The translations under genes were made by a program, and so were the position numbers. The notes under the pieces were generated by a model, which saw nothing but the letters and a program-made list of their open reading frames with translations, did no database searches and had not been told where the DNA came from. 64,000 bases of DNA from positions 4,278,001 to 4,342,000 of the forward strand of contig OZ249445.1 of assembly GCA_965235115.1 (NCBI GenBank), given 5' to 3'. Shown piece after piece: positions 13,181 through 26,123 of the stretch (positions are counted from its first letter, which is position 1; each line of letters begins with the position of its first letter). This stretch comes from Laetmonice hystrix (lineage: Eukaryota).

Positions 13181-16100
13181 ACGCCACGCAACACGACGGA
13201 CAGTCAGAGGGGTCGTCCTGACAACCAAAGGCGCCCACCGTCGGAGTTGGCAAGCAAGGAAGGGGAGGCCAAACAAAAAAAAAGACTTTCTTTCTACTTC
13301 GTTTATTTTTGCTGACCTTGTGCAAAGATCACAGTAAAAAGATGGCCTAAGTTGCATTTATATTCGTTCTCCCATTAGACAATGAAAATGTTTGATGTTG
13401 TGCCTTAAAGCAGACAGGTTTCTGTGCCCTGAAAGTAACGTATTTTGGTGCTTTGCGCTGTCGGGTTGGGGAACTAAAGACGGCTTATAGTGTTTGTTAA
13501 GTTTGGTCTTTTCACAGGGTCAGTTATTTCCTCTTGTATCAACCCGTTTATGTAACATACCGGTAGTCATTTACCATGGCGGAACTGCCAGGTAGCACAA
13601 ACGGTTGGGCTGGTGAAGAACATAACATTCCATAACGTCTCGACGGCGGGCCCCTAACTCTTTGGAATGCCACGTTATATGACATGAATCAAGCCAATTT
13701 GAAGTTGTAACAGTGCCTTTTGCTGTTCCTAATACCCAGAAATTATGTGGCAGGCGAGGCAGGCGTTGGAATAGGGTATGAATGTGTAAAGGCCTTTGCA
13801 AGTTTTATTGCAGTTTGGGTCTTTTTGCAAGGGTATAGGTAGAATAGGAGAAATGTAATTATAACGAGGCCAGAGCCAGCTCACTTCGGTTCACGAGAAG
13901 GGTAAAGGTTCTTGTTTGTTTTTACTTGGTTAGAATACGACAATGTCGATTACAAAGGGATTGTTCCACCGGGAGCCGGTCTGACACTGCAGACAGAGCA
14001 TGTCCAAGGGACTAAATGGCGTGGGGGAGAGAGGAATCGTACTACGAGAGGCTCAGACCGCGTGGCCCATGCCAGTCGGTCCTCCCCGTGGGGGCACCAC
14101 GGGCAAATGTTAATGTACCGTTTCTAAGGGAGGATACATAATACACATGAACCATACGGTGACATTGGGCCACACACCGGGCTGGAAGTGGTCACATACA
14201 AGGGGAAACTGCGTGTAAAAGCTGTGGGTCATGGAGAACCTATGTCCCAATCATGGGCGTTCATAAATGTCACCTTATGTTGTTCATTTACCAAAGTACG
14301 GACCGAGATAACCCCTTGAGTTACCTGTAAACCCGAAGGATTTTATGCAAACCAAGGCGCACTTCTACCACAAAATATTTTAAAGAGTTTTATCTATATA
14401 AGGGAACAGTACTGAATGAATTGTAAAAAGTATTGAAAATATTTATATAAATTCACGGTGGTTAATTTATTCATAGAGGAAGAACAAAATGTTTTACTTA
14501 ACGTTTTTAAAGTTGAAAAATTACACACTTTAAGGAAATATCTAGAGAAAAGACTTTGCTGTTCAGAGTTGCATTTAGAAAATTCTCATCTATAGAGTTA
14601 AGATATTTACCTAGAAGGGTTTACACAAGGGAACCTTATCTGTAACGTGTCAAAAGTGCAATTTGAACACGTCTTGTTGATAAGACGAGAAGATGACCCC
14701 AAGTGTTTTGTCTCCGTGTCATGGCTGGTGGGAGAGGGCCGTTCACCGGTTGGTGAGGTTTGCTGAAATATGGATTACCCCAGTTTTTTTAGGTCACCCA
14801 ATTACCGACCATCTGTCAGTCTATCCATTTGTTCTCACTTGTCCCACGTTGCCGTCGTGTATGTAGTGTGTTTTTATTACATTTTGTATAGAAGTTGGTG
14901 CTGTGACCTTTGTGCAATGTCTTGATTGATACTTGGGGCAGGTCACCACGGCCAGCCGTGTGCCGTGATCGGCCTGGAGCCCGTTTATCCCGATCACAGA
15001 ATACTAACTGACGGGTGATAAACCAAAACTTGCCGGCATGGGTCGTGCTGGACGTTCGCCCCGCCGGGTGTCCGCCCGGCCTCGCCCGAATACCCGGTGA
15101 TCGAGGCTGGAGGGGCGTAACGGTACACGTGGTAGAATATGGTCGACGGCCAAGATAACCGCACACCGGACACTATATAACTGCACAGATATTGGAATTC
15201 ACAGCCCGAGCCCTCCTACAACCAAAGATTGTACAATCGTTGACTAAAGGCCAAACCATGTGTCAAACTGCTACATCGGCCTTCACTGGGCCCTTGCCTG
15301 TTCATTTATGCATGTTTTGGGCTTTAGACATCCAAGTTGTAGTAGTATTAGAATGTTTATACATGTATTTACTATGTATGTTTGTGTATCTAACAGTACC
15401 CACGTATACTAGCAGTAGGAGGAGTCATGACATTCCACCTGGTCTTGACCAATCACACAGGGCAGAGATTAGTGACCACTACCTGCACACCAAGGCCGCG
15501 TTCGACGGCTCGAGTCACTCCCAACCTTGGGATGAGCAGAACACAGGTCGAGCGTAGTGCGTCATAGGGCATTGAACTGAGGCTTATTATACGATGGTTT
15601 ATTACTCTTTTACTGTACTCGTGTTGCTGTACGTTATCAAGTTTGTGTTTTTTGTTTTATTATATATAGTTGAAAGTTTTTTTTATTTGTTTACACTATA
15701 TAGATATTCTTGCAAATGTTAGTATTGTAAAGCTGCACATCTCTTGCCAGCCAAAATATTTTTATTTCCTCGCTCAACGTGTTGAAATTTGAATTTATTA
15801 ATTATGGAACCGATTTGTGAAGAAGTACGATTCGTTTCTAGAAGTGGTGTGGGTCGTTCTGTTTGGCGAATCCTGTGGTCTTCACCATCAGGTTCTTAAT
15901 TCATACTGAAGTGAAATTGACAGACGTACGTTTAGGGAAATAGGAAGTCGTCGGAAAAGATTTTAAAGTATTGGGTTCACTAAGGTCTTACGGGGCCTTT
16001 ACCCATGAACACACGAATCCAAAAAGTTTTAACATTTCCTCCCCCCCACCGACAAACCACATATAGCAGTCTTATGTATGGTGATATTTTAAACCTTTAA

Positions 16101-18471
16101 ATTCGTCGTTCTAGTCGTTAGTTTAATTGCGTTGCTGTATCATTGGTGGTGGTAACTTGATTAGCAGTAAGGGTTATTACTTTACCTTGTTCCTATTGTG
16201 TATCAACTATATTTATCACGGAAACGCATATTACGCTATTGGGGAGAAATTAGTATATTAAGCAAGTATATGGTTTATAAGGTACCTAGATCAGACGGAA
16301 ATGACTATTTGCATTGGTTCAAGGTGTTGGGGACGAGTTGATGGAGAATCGCTGTTGTTGACCGATTGGTTTTAAAATGATGTCCTATCAGACGGAGATC
16401 TCCAATAACACGGGCCTGCAAGGTGTGGGCGCCCAATGTGGGGGCGCTTTCCTTCAGGCAGGCAATGTGATAGGCTGGGAAGGTTTTTTGTGATAGTGAA
16501 ATGGACCTTCAGTAGGGCATTGTGCAGCAGGGCTTTATTTTTGATGTTTTTATCGTTGGAAACGGGACGACGGTATCTGCATGTGAGTCTGTATGACTGA
16601 GGGGGCGTGTTGAACCCCCGTATCCCCCCCCCCCAAAAAAAAAAGGATTATTGCGGGGTTCGTTACCGTGAGTTTTTTTCCACGTGTTTCCAGGGGAGCC
16701 GTCCAAGACTGTCAAAAACTAATATTCCATTTTGTTTTTTGTCAGTCATTACTGCTCATTCGAATCAAAAGAAACATTCATGATTAAACAGGCGTATAAT
16801 TAAAATTGAGGATAAATAGATACCACGATTACAGAAGGGCGAATTGCCAAGAATGTAAGTTTTCAAACTGGGCGCCGAGTCCTGCTATGAGGCTGACGTC
16901 AATATTAGTGGTGTAACAGGTTGACAATCGGATAATGTTTGGGAATCTTATTTCAATGAACCGAGTGAACTAGGTGGAACCCTAACCCGGCACCGCCCAC
17001 CTGGGCCTGGCCGTCGATGGGCACGTCGATTGATTGGACACCTGTTAATTAGCCGATCTAATTACAAGGATGACCTCGGTGGTGGTCGTATCGTTGACAT
17101 CCTGTGCTCAATCCCAGCACAAACAGATGGGCGTATACTGCTATAATCCAGGTGTAACTTTGAAACAAGAAATGCTCACTATACCAATCATGCCCGGAAG
17201 GTCTCAGCCGTAACTACCTGTATGGCGAGTCGGGGGTCGGCTGAGCGCCAAGTCCATGAGAAATGAAAAACACAAACAATGAAGCCCAATCAGCTGTTGT
17301 CATCAGCATTCACATGTATTTGTTAACGAACTGGGTCACCAAGTTCAGTCGTTAAAATTTGAACCCATAACTACAGAAAACTGATTTGATGCTAACATCT
17401 TGGAATGTATACACGTGTGTAAAGTGACAAAGACTAGTAGGTAGCTTGCATATTCCAACGTGTATCGTCATTCTGGGGTATCGATATATATATATTGGAA
17501 TATCTCGGTAACTGTGTTGGCTGACCATGCTGTACCTAAAGTCTTTACGCACTGGGGAATAAAAAGTGGTCATTCTTGTCAATTTTGGCTTTTGTGTGAT
17601 TCATATCAGAGTGGCGTAGCACTTCCCGGTCAAAATCAAGGACGTGAGAGTACGGTCAACAATCTCAGACCATCTCCTGCAAGGAAATCTGGTAGAAAGC
17701 TAAACATTGTGGGGGAGAGGACCCAGACTATTATCATTTCGTGGTCGTAAAGCCAAGTAACAGTAGATTGGGGATCTCCTTGTTTGCCAAGAAAATAATC
17801 AGGGCCTGCGTTTTATAGCCCCCCCCCCTCCTCTCAAAACTATAAAACGAAGACCCTCTCCAAATCAGGTAAAATTTCACCAATTCTTGAAAACTCTAAA
17901 ATTGCAGCTCACCACCCATGTATACTAGAAATACACAAAAATTGAGAATTATTAGGGCCTCCTATTATACAGCATGATACAGTGGCTGTATATCGACCGG
18001 GGGTGCCCGGGCCCCCACCCTATGGTTAGATATCGCTGGTGGTCGTTTGACTGACTGACTCCCTGTGCCGTGGTGATATATTACTTGCTCATTACCCGTG
18101 GGACCAAGGAGCAGTTTAGGAGGCTTGCAGACATTCGACCTGTGAATCTCCCACCGGCGCGGGCGGCTGGCCTGGCGAGCCGGCGGCTGGCCTGGCGAGC
18201 CGGCGGAGTGATGGCAGCGGGGAGTGGGTGGCATGTCGTCCGCGGGAACGCTGGCCGTCCGCCTCTGGAAGGCGGGCATTCGGCCTTCCTCGGCGCTAGC
18301 GGCTGTCAATCAACGCTTCAAGGCGTGGCTACACGCCAGGCCTACAGTCCGGGTCAGGGGGTCACCATCGGACCGCAGCCAGGATTGTTGGAGGCTGTTC
18401 ATGTACTGGAGGGGGCTAAGATTTCACTTAGGCCTTGTACTTGTACTTGTACTGTGAAAAATAGGTTGATC

Positions 18472-18581
18472 TTTTCTTCTCATGGGGGGGGGGGGGGGGA
18501 GCACTCAGGTAGCCATACTATAGTATAGGTCTTTTCTTCTCGTTGGGGGGGGGGGGGGGCACTCAGGTAGCCATACTATAT
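18472..18581. repeat. Local direct duplication (about 60 bp x2) containing poly-G
   Basis: cttttcttctc..(g)n..gcactcaggtagccatactata appears twice in tandem. Confidence 0.75.
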
Positions 18582-19204
18582 TTTGTTTAGCCCCCTGGAT
18601 TCCCCTTCCCCGTGGCTCAGGGCCCTGTCATGTGATGTTTGAAGTACGCCTGAATCATGGTGGGTGTCGTACATGTACCGAGTGCCCCCCACTTCACGTC
18701 AGACCAGCAAACCTTATCTCACACGACCTGTCCCACACACTGACCCTTCATCTCTGCCCCACTCAGTGCGCAGGTGAATATTGTACGCTCAGGTGTGTAG
18801 ATAAGAAATCCCTGGCCTATTTAGGTTTACAATGAGAGGAAATAGGCACGTAGATCTCCACATGTACCAGTTTACAATATATCTGAGGGTCAAATAGATA
18901 TAATATTATACTCACTGACTCTCACTCGATAGAAATAAAAACCAGGGAAGTCATAGCCAGTTATTGCGGTGAATTAATTTCTGATCAATTACTCTCTCCA
19001 GCATCCCATGAAATAGGACATCAGTGCAGTCTCTTTGATTAAGTCCCGTCACCCCTCCCCCCCCCCCCCCCCGCCCCCGATGGACCACTAAGCTCGAGCT
19101 TACAGTAATCGGGGAAATTCTAAATGAACAGTCTTAATATTTTATACATCTAATGTAGGTGGTGCGAGGCCATCCTTGCCTCAGAGATGGTCTCATGTAG
19201 CCTA

Positions 19205-19287
19205 CAGGGGCGGATCCAGGGGGGCTACATGTAGGCTACAGTATCCCCCCCCCCCAGCCCCTTTACAAAATCCTGAATCCGCCCCTG
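19205..19287. mobile_element. Short MITE-like inverted-repeat element (CAGKGGCGGATCCAGG family)
   Basis: caggggcggatccagg ... cctgaatccgcccctg ends with internal G/C runs. Related ends occur near 410, 23600, 24060, 41820, 57522 and 61260. No clear TSD. Confidence 0.6.
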
Positions 19288-19765
19288 ATGTACGCCCACA
19301 TGTCTGAATACAGACAGCCCGGAAAACAGGTAGTTCGTTCCCTACCCGCCTGGGGGCGCGAGTGATTAGCACCACAGTCATGTAGTTCTCTGCCTCATTT
19401 CCCGAGGAGTGAGGCGGGGAACCAGCCAGAGTCATCAAGTAGTTCTCACCCTACCCGACAGTCGGCGCTAGTGAAACGAGCCACAAGTCAAGCTCCGCCG
19501 TCATTAGGTTGCCCGCTAGCGCTACCTCCCGCTAGGATCCCCAGTAAAATCTACTAGTAAAAACCTCCAAACGCTTGAAAAGATGATTGTTTCTTTCCCT
19601 GAAATATTCTCCAAATACATCTGTACTAAGACTAAGACAATTTTTTTATTTCATGTCGTACTATTACACAGTCAGTGATTCCACCGCGCCAGTTGTAAGA
19701 AATGCTACTAGGTATGTGTACGTGTATATTAAAATGGTCTCATAGACGTACTCGGACTTTCTATC

Positions 19766-22700
19766 TCATTTACGTTTCTTTGCTTTCTTTCTCTTCCTGC
19801 TGTGTCTGTCTGTTGAGGAGTCAGTGTCCGAGTCACTGCTGGACTCGCTGCTACTGATGCTGTTCGGTTCGTGTCTCTTGTGCTTCGATTTCTTCCGTTT
19901 CTTTGCCTGAAATTTAAAAATGATACTTTGTATATTTTTTCTCACAGCAACATATTTAGTTGAACGCATTTTTTAAACTTATGTCCTCGTAAGTATACAG
20001 CACGAAGGGTGTTCTCTCTTCAAAGTAATATGAACGTATGGCAGTGAAGACTCAACTAAAAAAACGAGGATGAATATTCGTGCAATAAACTTTCTGTACT
20101 GTACCTTTGGTTCATCGTCACTGTCACTTTCTTCCTTGCTCTTTCTGTGCTTTCTCTTTTTCTTCTTGTGTTTCTTTTCCTGAGAAAAAAATGAAAGTTA
20201 ACATCACCCAAAGCCTTTGTCAGCTAAATATTTTAATTTAACAAGTCGACTTGTCGGAAAAGGATGGTAGTTGATGAAATGAGACATTCAACAAACATGT
20301 CATTCATATTTTTTTTGTACACATCATGCTAAAGTCATTGAAAGTATCTCTTGGCAGGTAGACTGGTAACATGTGGCAGGTAGACTGGTAACATGTGGCA
20401 GGTAGACTGGTAACATGTGGCAGGTAGACTGGTAACATGTGGCAGGTAGACTGGTAACATGTGACAGGTAGACTGGTAACATGTGACAGGTAGACTGGTA
20501 ACATGTGACAGGTAGACTGGTAACATGTGACAGGTAGACTGGTAACATGTGACAGGTAGACTGGTAACATGTGGCAGGTAGACTGGTAACATGTGGCAGG
20601 TAGACTGGTAACATGTGACAGGTAGACTGGTAACATGTGACAGGTAGACTGGTAACATGTGACAGGTAGACTGGTAACATGTGACAGGTAGACTGGTAAC
20701 ATGTGACAGGTAGACTGGTAACATGTGGCAGGTAGACTGGTAACATGTGGCAGGTAGACTGGTAACATGTGGCAGGTAGACTGGTAACATGTGACAGGTA
20801 GACTGGTAACATGTGACAGGTAGACTGGTAACATGTGACAGGTAGACTGGTAACATGTGGCAGGTAGACTGGTAACATGTGGCAGGTAGACTGGTAACAT
20901 GTGGCAGGTAGACTGGTAACATGTGGCAGGTAGACTGGTAACATGTGGCAGGTAGACTGGTAACATGTGACAGGTAGACTGGTAACATGTGACAGGTAGA
21001 CTGGTAACATGTGGCAGGTAGACTGGTAACATGTGGCAGGTAGACTGGTAACATGTGGCAGGTAGGCTGGTAACATGTGACAGGTAGGCTGGTAACATGT
21101 GACAGGTAGACTGGTAACATGTGGCAGGTAGGCTGGTAACATGTGACAGGTAGGCTGGTAACATGTGACAGGTAGACTGGTAACATGTGACAGGTAGACT
21201 GGTAACATGTGGCAGGTAGACTGGTAACATGTGACAGGTAGACTGGTAACATGTGACAGGTAGACTGGTAACATGTGGCAGGTAGACTGGTAACATGTGG
21301 CAGGTAGACTGGTAACATGTGACAGGTAGACTGGTAACATGTGACAGGTAGACTGGTAACATGTGACAGGTAGACTGGTAACATGTGACAGGTAGACTGG
21401 TAACATGTGACAGGTAGACTGGTAACATGTGGCAGGTAGACTGGTAACATGTGGCAGGTAGACTGGTAACATGTGGCAGGTAGACTGGTAACATGTGACG
21501 TTTTACAACGAGCATTAGTACGGTACTTAAGTGAACATTCACTTCAACATGATTGAATTAAAATGACTGTTACGTTTACCTTTTTCTTTTTCTTTGAGCT
21601 AGTCCCTGGGCCGGTGCTGTCTGTCGCGTTCTTGGCGCGTTCTATGAGATAGTCCACATCTGGTAGGAGATCGTAACCCGTGGTCGTGCTGGGGGTCTGG
21701 TAACAGTCCTGAGCAAAGTGACCTGTGACAGATAAACTAAGTGAACCTCACACCTACAGTCAATCTGAGCTAATAAACGAACCATGGGAATAGTATGTCA
21801 TCAGGTGATAAAAACAGGTCAGTAAATACAGAATTATGATACGGCTTTATCTAAACCAGCACACCCCTTAATGGTATACACTTAACTGAGGTCCCTGACA
21901 TATCTGTGTCTTGAATGCCGCACAAATTTTGTTTCTCTGACCAAATGTAGACCTACTCCTGGGACGAGAGAGCTCTAAGGGATGAGAACATGTACTAAAG
22001 TAATATCCATCACACCTTTTCCACCACATTTCTTGCATGTTGTATCGTAAACAGCACCAAGCTCAATCCTTGGGATTTCCTTTTTAAATCCAGTCTTCCT
22101 TCTCTGTTCATCAAGGCTAGAGAGAAAAGGAAAATATATTGTATTGAAAGGTAAGATACAGAATCCTATAGATCATTTTTCCTCTTTACTGGGAACTTAA
22201 TACAAACAATGGTGCAATACTGATTGCTTTGGGTGATCTTGGCTACCTTTCCATAGGGATCTGTGTGACTGAGTGCCTTAGTTTTGATTGTTACTACCGT
22301 TTCCATCATTTGGAATCCATAGGATTCTAAAAAGAGAAAACGTACGAAGCTTGTACGTGGTTGGGATCAAGGTCCTCTCCATTGCTCTGATTGACAGTTT
22401 TCATTGACAGACCAATCTTTCCTCCATCCTCCTGAAAAGAAAAGCTGTGTATCATCCACAGGGTAGACTTGATAGAAAATTATTCTGTAGTCTACCTTAA
22501 AAAAAGATTACTTCAGATATGGCTTTTATTGGTTGGTCAATATTCATTATGAAGGGAGAGAGGAGAAGGAAAACCTTAAAGGCCCCTCTGATTACCTCTG
22601 AGGTAATAACCTTGACCCAGACTTCCTCGCCGAAGTCGAGAACCTCCTCAGGGTGCTCAACCTTGGCCCTTGAGATCTGTGTCCTATGGACGAGTCCTGC

Positions 22701-24785
22701 AACAGGCAAACAACCAGATAAGATTTCCCCCACTTCTCACTCAACACATGCCACCGCTTTCATAACAGTAGTGCAAACTAATGTAGGTCAAATTGACCAA
22801 ACTTCCAACCTTATAATTGACAATATATAAACTTTCATTAAGTATGCTTCAAGACAAATGATGACTTACCGTTTTTCTGATATCCTGGTATTTTGATGAA
22901 GGCACCATATTTCTGAACACTGGCAACCTGGGATCAAAGTGTTACGAGGTTTCATTTTTTTAAGAGGATTCACTGAAGATCACGGCCAGTATATCATTTG
23001 ACTACATTCTACTTATGTCTCTGATATGAGTTCTATGTACCTAGCTAACAAGGCAACCTCGTGAAATAGGCTGCTCAGACTCTCTGAAACCATACACACC
23101 GTTCCCTTATGAATACTGTAGAGTTTGGGAGCATCCTTACTGTCCTGGCTGCTACCAAAGTAACGATGGCGATCATGGCCCTGTTCTCTGAAATCTTGTC
23201 GGCTTCCATGAGTTTGTGACCTTCCACTGGAAAACGAGCAGCTGTTAACTTCCATCCCCAAAGCAAAGCAAAAATTCAGGACCTAAAAATCCTGAGACTA
23301 TGCCCCCCCCTTCAGCAGTCCAATGACTATAAGTAGGAAGTTAGCAGAAGATATCAACTCACGAAACTTGTTCATTTTCTGGATCCAGATCTTTTCCTGT
23401 TCTTTGATCAACCACTTTCATTGACATTTCAATCTTCTCACCACCATCCTTAAAAAGGGAGGTAATGATATCTATCACATTAATTCAGGTGCACATCCAC
23501 AATCTGAGGGAAATTTGGTATATAAGGGGGTCCAAAATACAGGGCTCAGTAAGAAAACTCCATCAGAAAGGAAGGGGGGGTTGCAGACCCCTTGGTTCTT
23601 CCTGGGATCCACTGCCAAGACCTTGGATTGAATGAAAATTTCTGAAGTGTAATATCAGGTAGGCCTAACTAGGTAATATTGGGAGTGGGTGAGAGAAATA
23701 TATAATTACCTGCATGCCAACTATCTTAACCCACACCTCATCTCCAACTGATACCACCTCATTCGGGTGCTCCACCCTCCTCGACTCTAGCTGGGAGATG
23801 TGAACCATCCCTGAAACAAATATCTTGATGAAATTCTACAATTACAGTTGAATTAAAGCGACAGTCTCGTCCTTCAGCATTGTGCGATAAGGGGGCCCAG
23901 TGCAGATCCTTGGGGGTGGGGTTAACCACCCCACCCCCCTTTGGCAACCAAATTTTCTTTTTTCCCCAGAGAAATTTCTGAATTGACCATGTTGAACCCC
24001 TAAAGCAAATTCTTCCCATAACCCCCCCCCCCCTCCCCTACCACCTACCAAAATCCTGGATCCGCCCCTGGCCTGGGCCATGCTAACAGTTGATGTTCTA
24101 TTTTTAGACGACTGTTCCTCTGCTAGCATAGGATATATGGTTGTAGTTATCAAATATGCCACTAGGTGGCTGCGAACATGGTCTAACGGGCAAGACCCTT
24201 GCTTTAAGATAATAAATCTTTACAAAAAGATGTGAGAAAATTACAAAACATGATGATTAAGGAAAGCTATTGGGAAAGACCATAATTTAACATACCGTTC
24301 TTTCTGAATCCTGGAATTTTTACAAAGACTCCATACGGCATTATGGTCACCACCTGAAAGATCACCAGTACAAACATGCTGACAATAACTGAGCCAGTGA
24401 TGGTGGATGCAGCCAAGACCCAAGTCACATCAAGTTAACAAAAGGGGTTTTTTAAAAATTTTCAATATTACTAGTTTTCTGAACGTGACGACTTTATTGC
24501 CCAGACGAGACAAGCAACTGCAATCAAGCCTAACTTTCTGTCAGGCTCAGGCTTAGCAACAAGATAGATTAGGCCTACGGGCATTACCATTCCTGGACTC
24601 CCCCCTCCCCCCCCCCCCCCCCATACTCAGTCTGTGGTCAGACTCAGAGTCAGAGGTCGAATGGGCGATAATAGGTAATATGTTCTGTTTCTGCCTACTG
24701 AACCACGGATGACGCTACGAAGACGCGGTGCTGTTTCGCTCCTGTGACCTTCATCACTATGTCTGCGTCTGTGTCGATCTCCCAT
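19766..24785 (-). CDS. ZCCHC17: Nucleolar protein of 40 kDa (pNO40/ZCCHC17) with two S1 domains, CCHC knuckle and K/S-rich tail, about 387 aa
   Basis: 12 phase-consistent exons: 24785-24699, 24353-24296, 23810-23710, 23448-23363, 23226-23100, 22927-22870, 22696-22596, 22431-22346, 22116-22016, 21722-21580, 20179-20105, 19906-19766. Motifs YGAFIKIPG..GLVHRTQIS..VWVKVI..IGLSMKTVNQSNGEDLDPN, CKKCGGKGHFAQDC (CX2CX4HX4C), poly-Lys and SDSD tail. AATAAA on the minus strand near 19646-19651. Confidence 0.92.
20353..21499. repeat. 22-bp minisatellite, about 52 copies, in ZCCHC17 intron 10
   Basis: Unit g(g/a)caggtagactggtaacatgt, nearly perfect. It explains the three 370-410 aa stop-free minus-strand ORFs. 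Confidence 0.97.
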
Positions 24786-25765
24786 CTCGCCTGCGAAAGT
24801 TTTAGAAAATCTCCCAGCCTCTTCATCCAGCTAAAAACGCCACAGCCTGAAACACAGGACATGAAGCGCCATCTAGGGGCAATGATGTTCGTTTAGTTCC
24901 CCTTTTTATCCATAGATGTCGTGACGGTATAGTTGCAGCAGTGTAAAATGGTCAAAAGTCTAAAAAAAGAATGCAACAAGCTGTCCAGAGCAGGTGAGAT
25001 AGGCAGGCCTAATGATGCGGATAAAATCCTTTACAAAAAGGTCGGGGGATGGGCCTACCCTAAGTTGTAGGGTGCCTACCACCCATGCAAGAATATTACT
25101 ATTAGCAATTAGCCTAGATCTAGTTAGTGGGCTATGGGTTATATTATAACTATAAGCTGCAGGCCTGTTAAATTGATAGGGGCTAGCAATGCCTAACGGG
25201 TAACGCGTTAATATAATATCACGGCCTAATTAATTTAATCCTAGACCTATTTAGGCCCCCTATTTATTCAATGACAGATCTATTGTTTTTTTGAAGGTCG
25301 GAGCCATGATAGGCCTGTATTAGGCCTACTATCTAGAGGGGAGCCTCCTGTTATTTTATTGCCTGCCCTATTGTAGGCCTTATAGCACAGAGTACCCTAC
25401 ATAGACTATAGTCTTGCCCTTGGACTGTATACTATTAGCCTTAGGCCTATGCCTAGGCCCTAGAAGCTGGGCCCAGGGGGCAGAGGGGGTTGCTGCCCCC
25501 CCCCCCCCGAATATTTATAAAATGACCGCATGGCTCAATGTAAAAGCATAGGCGTAAGTCCTTTTGCCCCCCCCCCCCCCCAATATTTTTTTCCTTCCTA
25601 CACGACTCCATCTAGAATCTATCCCCCCCTTCCTTTTCTGTGAGTCCACACCTGACATGTTCCATTAAACATGCCCAAAACGACCGGCGCTGGGCCCCGT
25701 ATTGGCAAGCGGTGATTGGTTCCAGATCCTTGATCAGTAAGTCTACCATGCAATTTATTAACGGC

Positions 25766-25988
25766 GGGGCCGTTGCATAAATTCCCGCCCGATAAAATTG
25801 CCATTGAAATCAATGTTAATTTTAGAGAGCTGGAATTTATGCAACGGGTGAAATCGCTGGACCAGGTAGGTAGGCTATAGCCTCCTGCAGGCCCCCCCCC
25901 CCCCCCAACAAAAAAAAAAAAAGAAAAAAAAGAAAAAAAAAGCAGGTTACTGGCAATTATAGCAAGCGGGAATTTATGCAACGGCCCC
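25766..25988. mobile_element. MITE with perfect 23-bp terminal inverted repeats
   Basis: ggggccgttgcataaattcccgc (25766-25788) and gcgggaatttatgcaacggcccc (25966-25988), with an internal partial copy near 25830. No TSD recognised. Confidence 0.75.
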
Positions 25989-26123
25989 CTCAGTAGTGCA
26001 CCTGAGCAGACCGCCGGCGGGGGACGGAGTGAGGGGAGGACACGTGGGCAGTAGGCCTAACTGTCAGTCTGGCGCGTAGATTGGCGCAACTCCTGGAGTA
26101 AACCAACGACGTGGTGGAGGGGC

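Noticed and set aside
14940-15170. GC-rich patch with short inverted repeats downstream of A1CF
   Set aside because: Longest stem is 8 bp and the other pairs are not collinear; no recognisable RNA family.
18070-18460. CpG-rich stretch with overlapping ORFs on both strands
   Set aside because: No domain recognised and no consistent exon chain; left unassigned.
19375-19440. Minus-strand TGATGA-stem-GAAC resembling a hammerhead core
   Set aside because: Does not fit CUGANGA..GAAA, stem II base pair is wrong, and stems I/III are missing.
20304-21542. Three 370-410 aa ORFs on the minus strand
   Set aside because: They are translations of a stop-free 22-bp minisatellite inside a ZCCHC17 intron.
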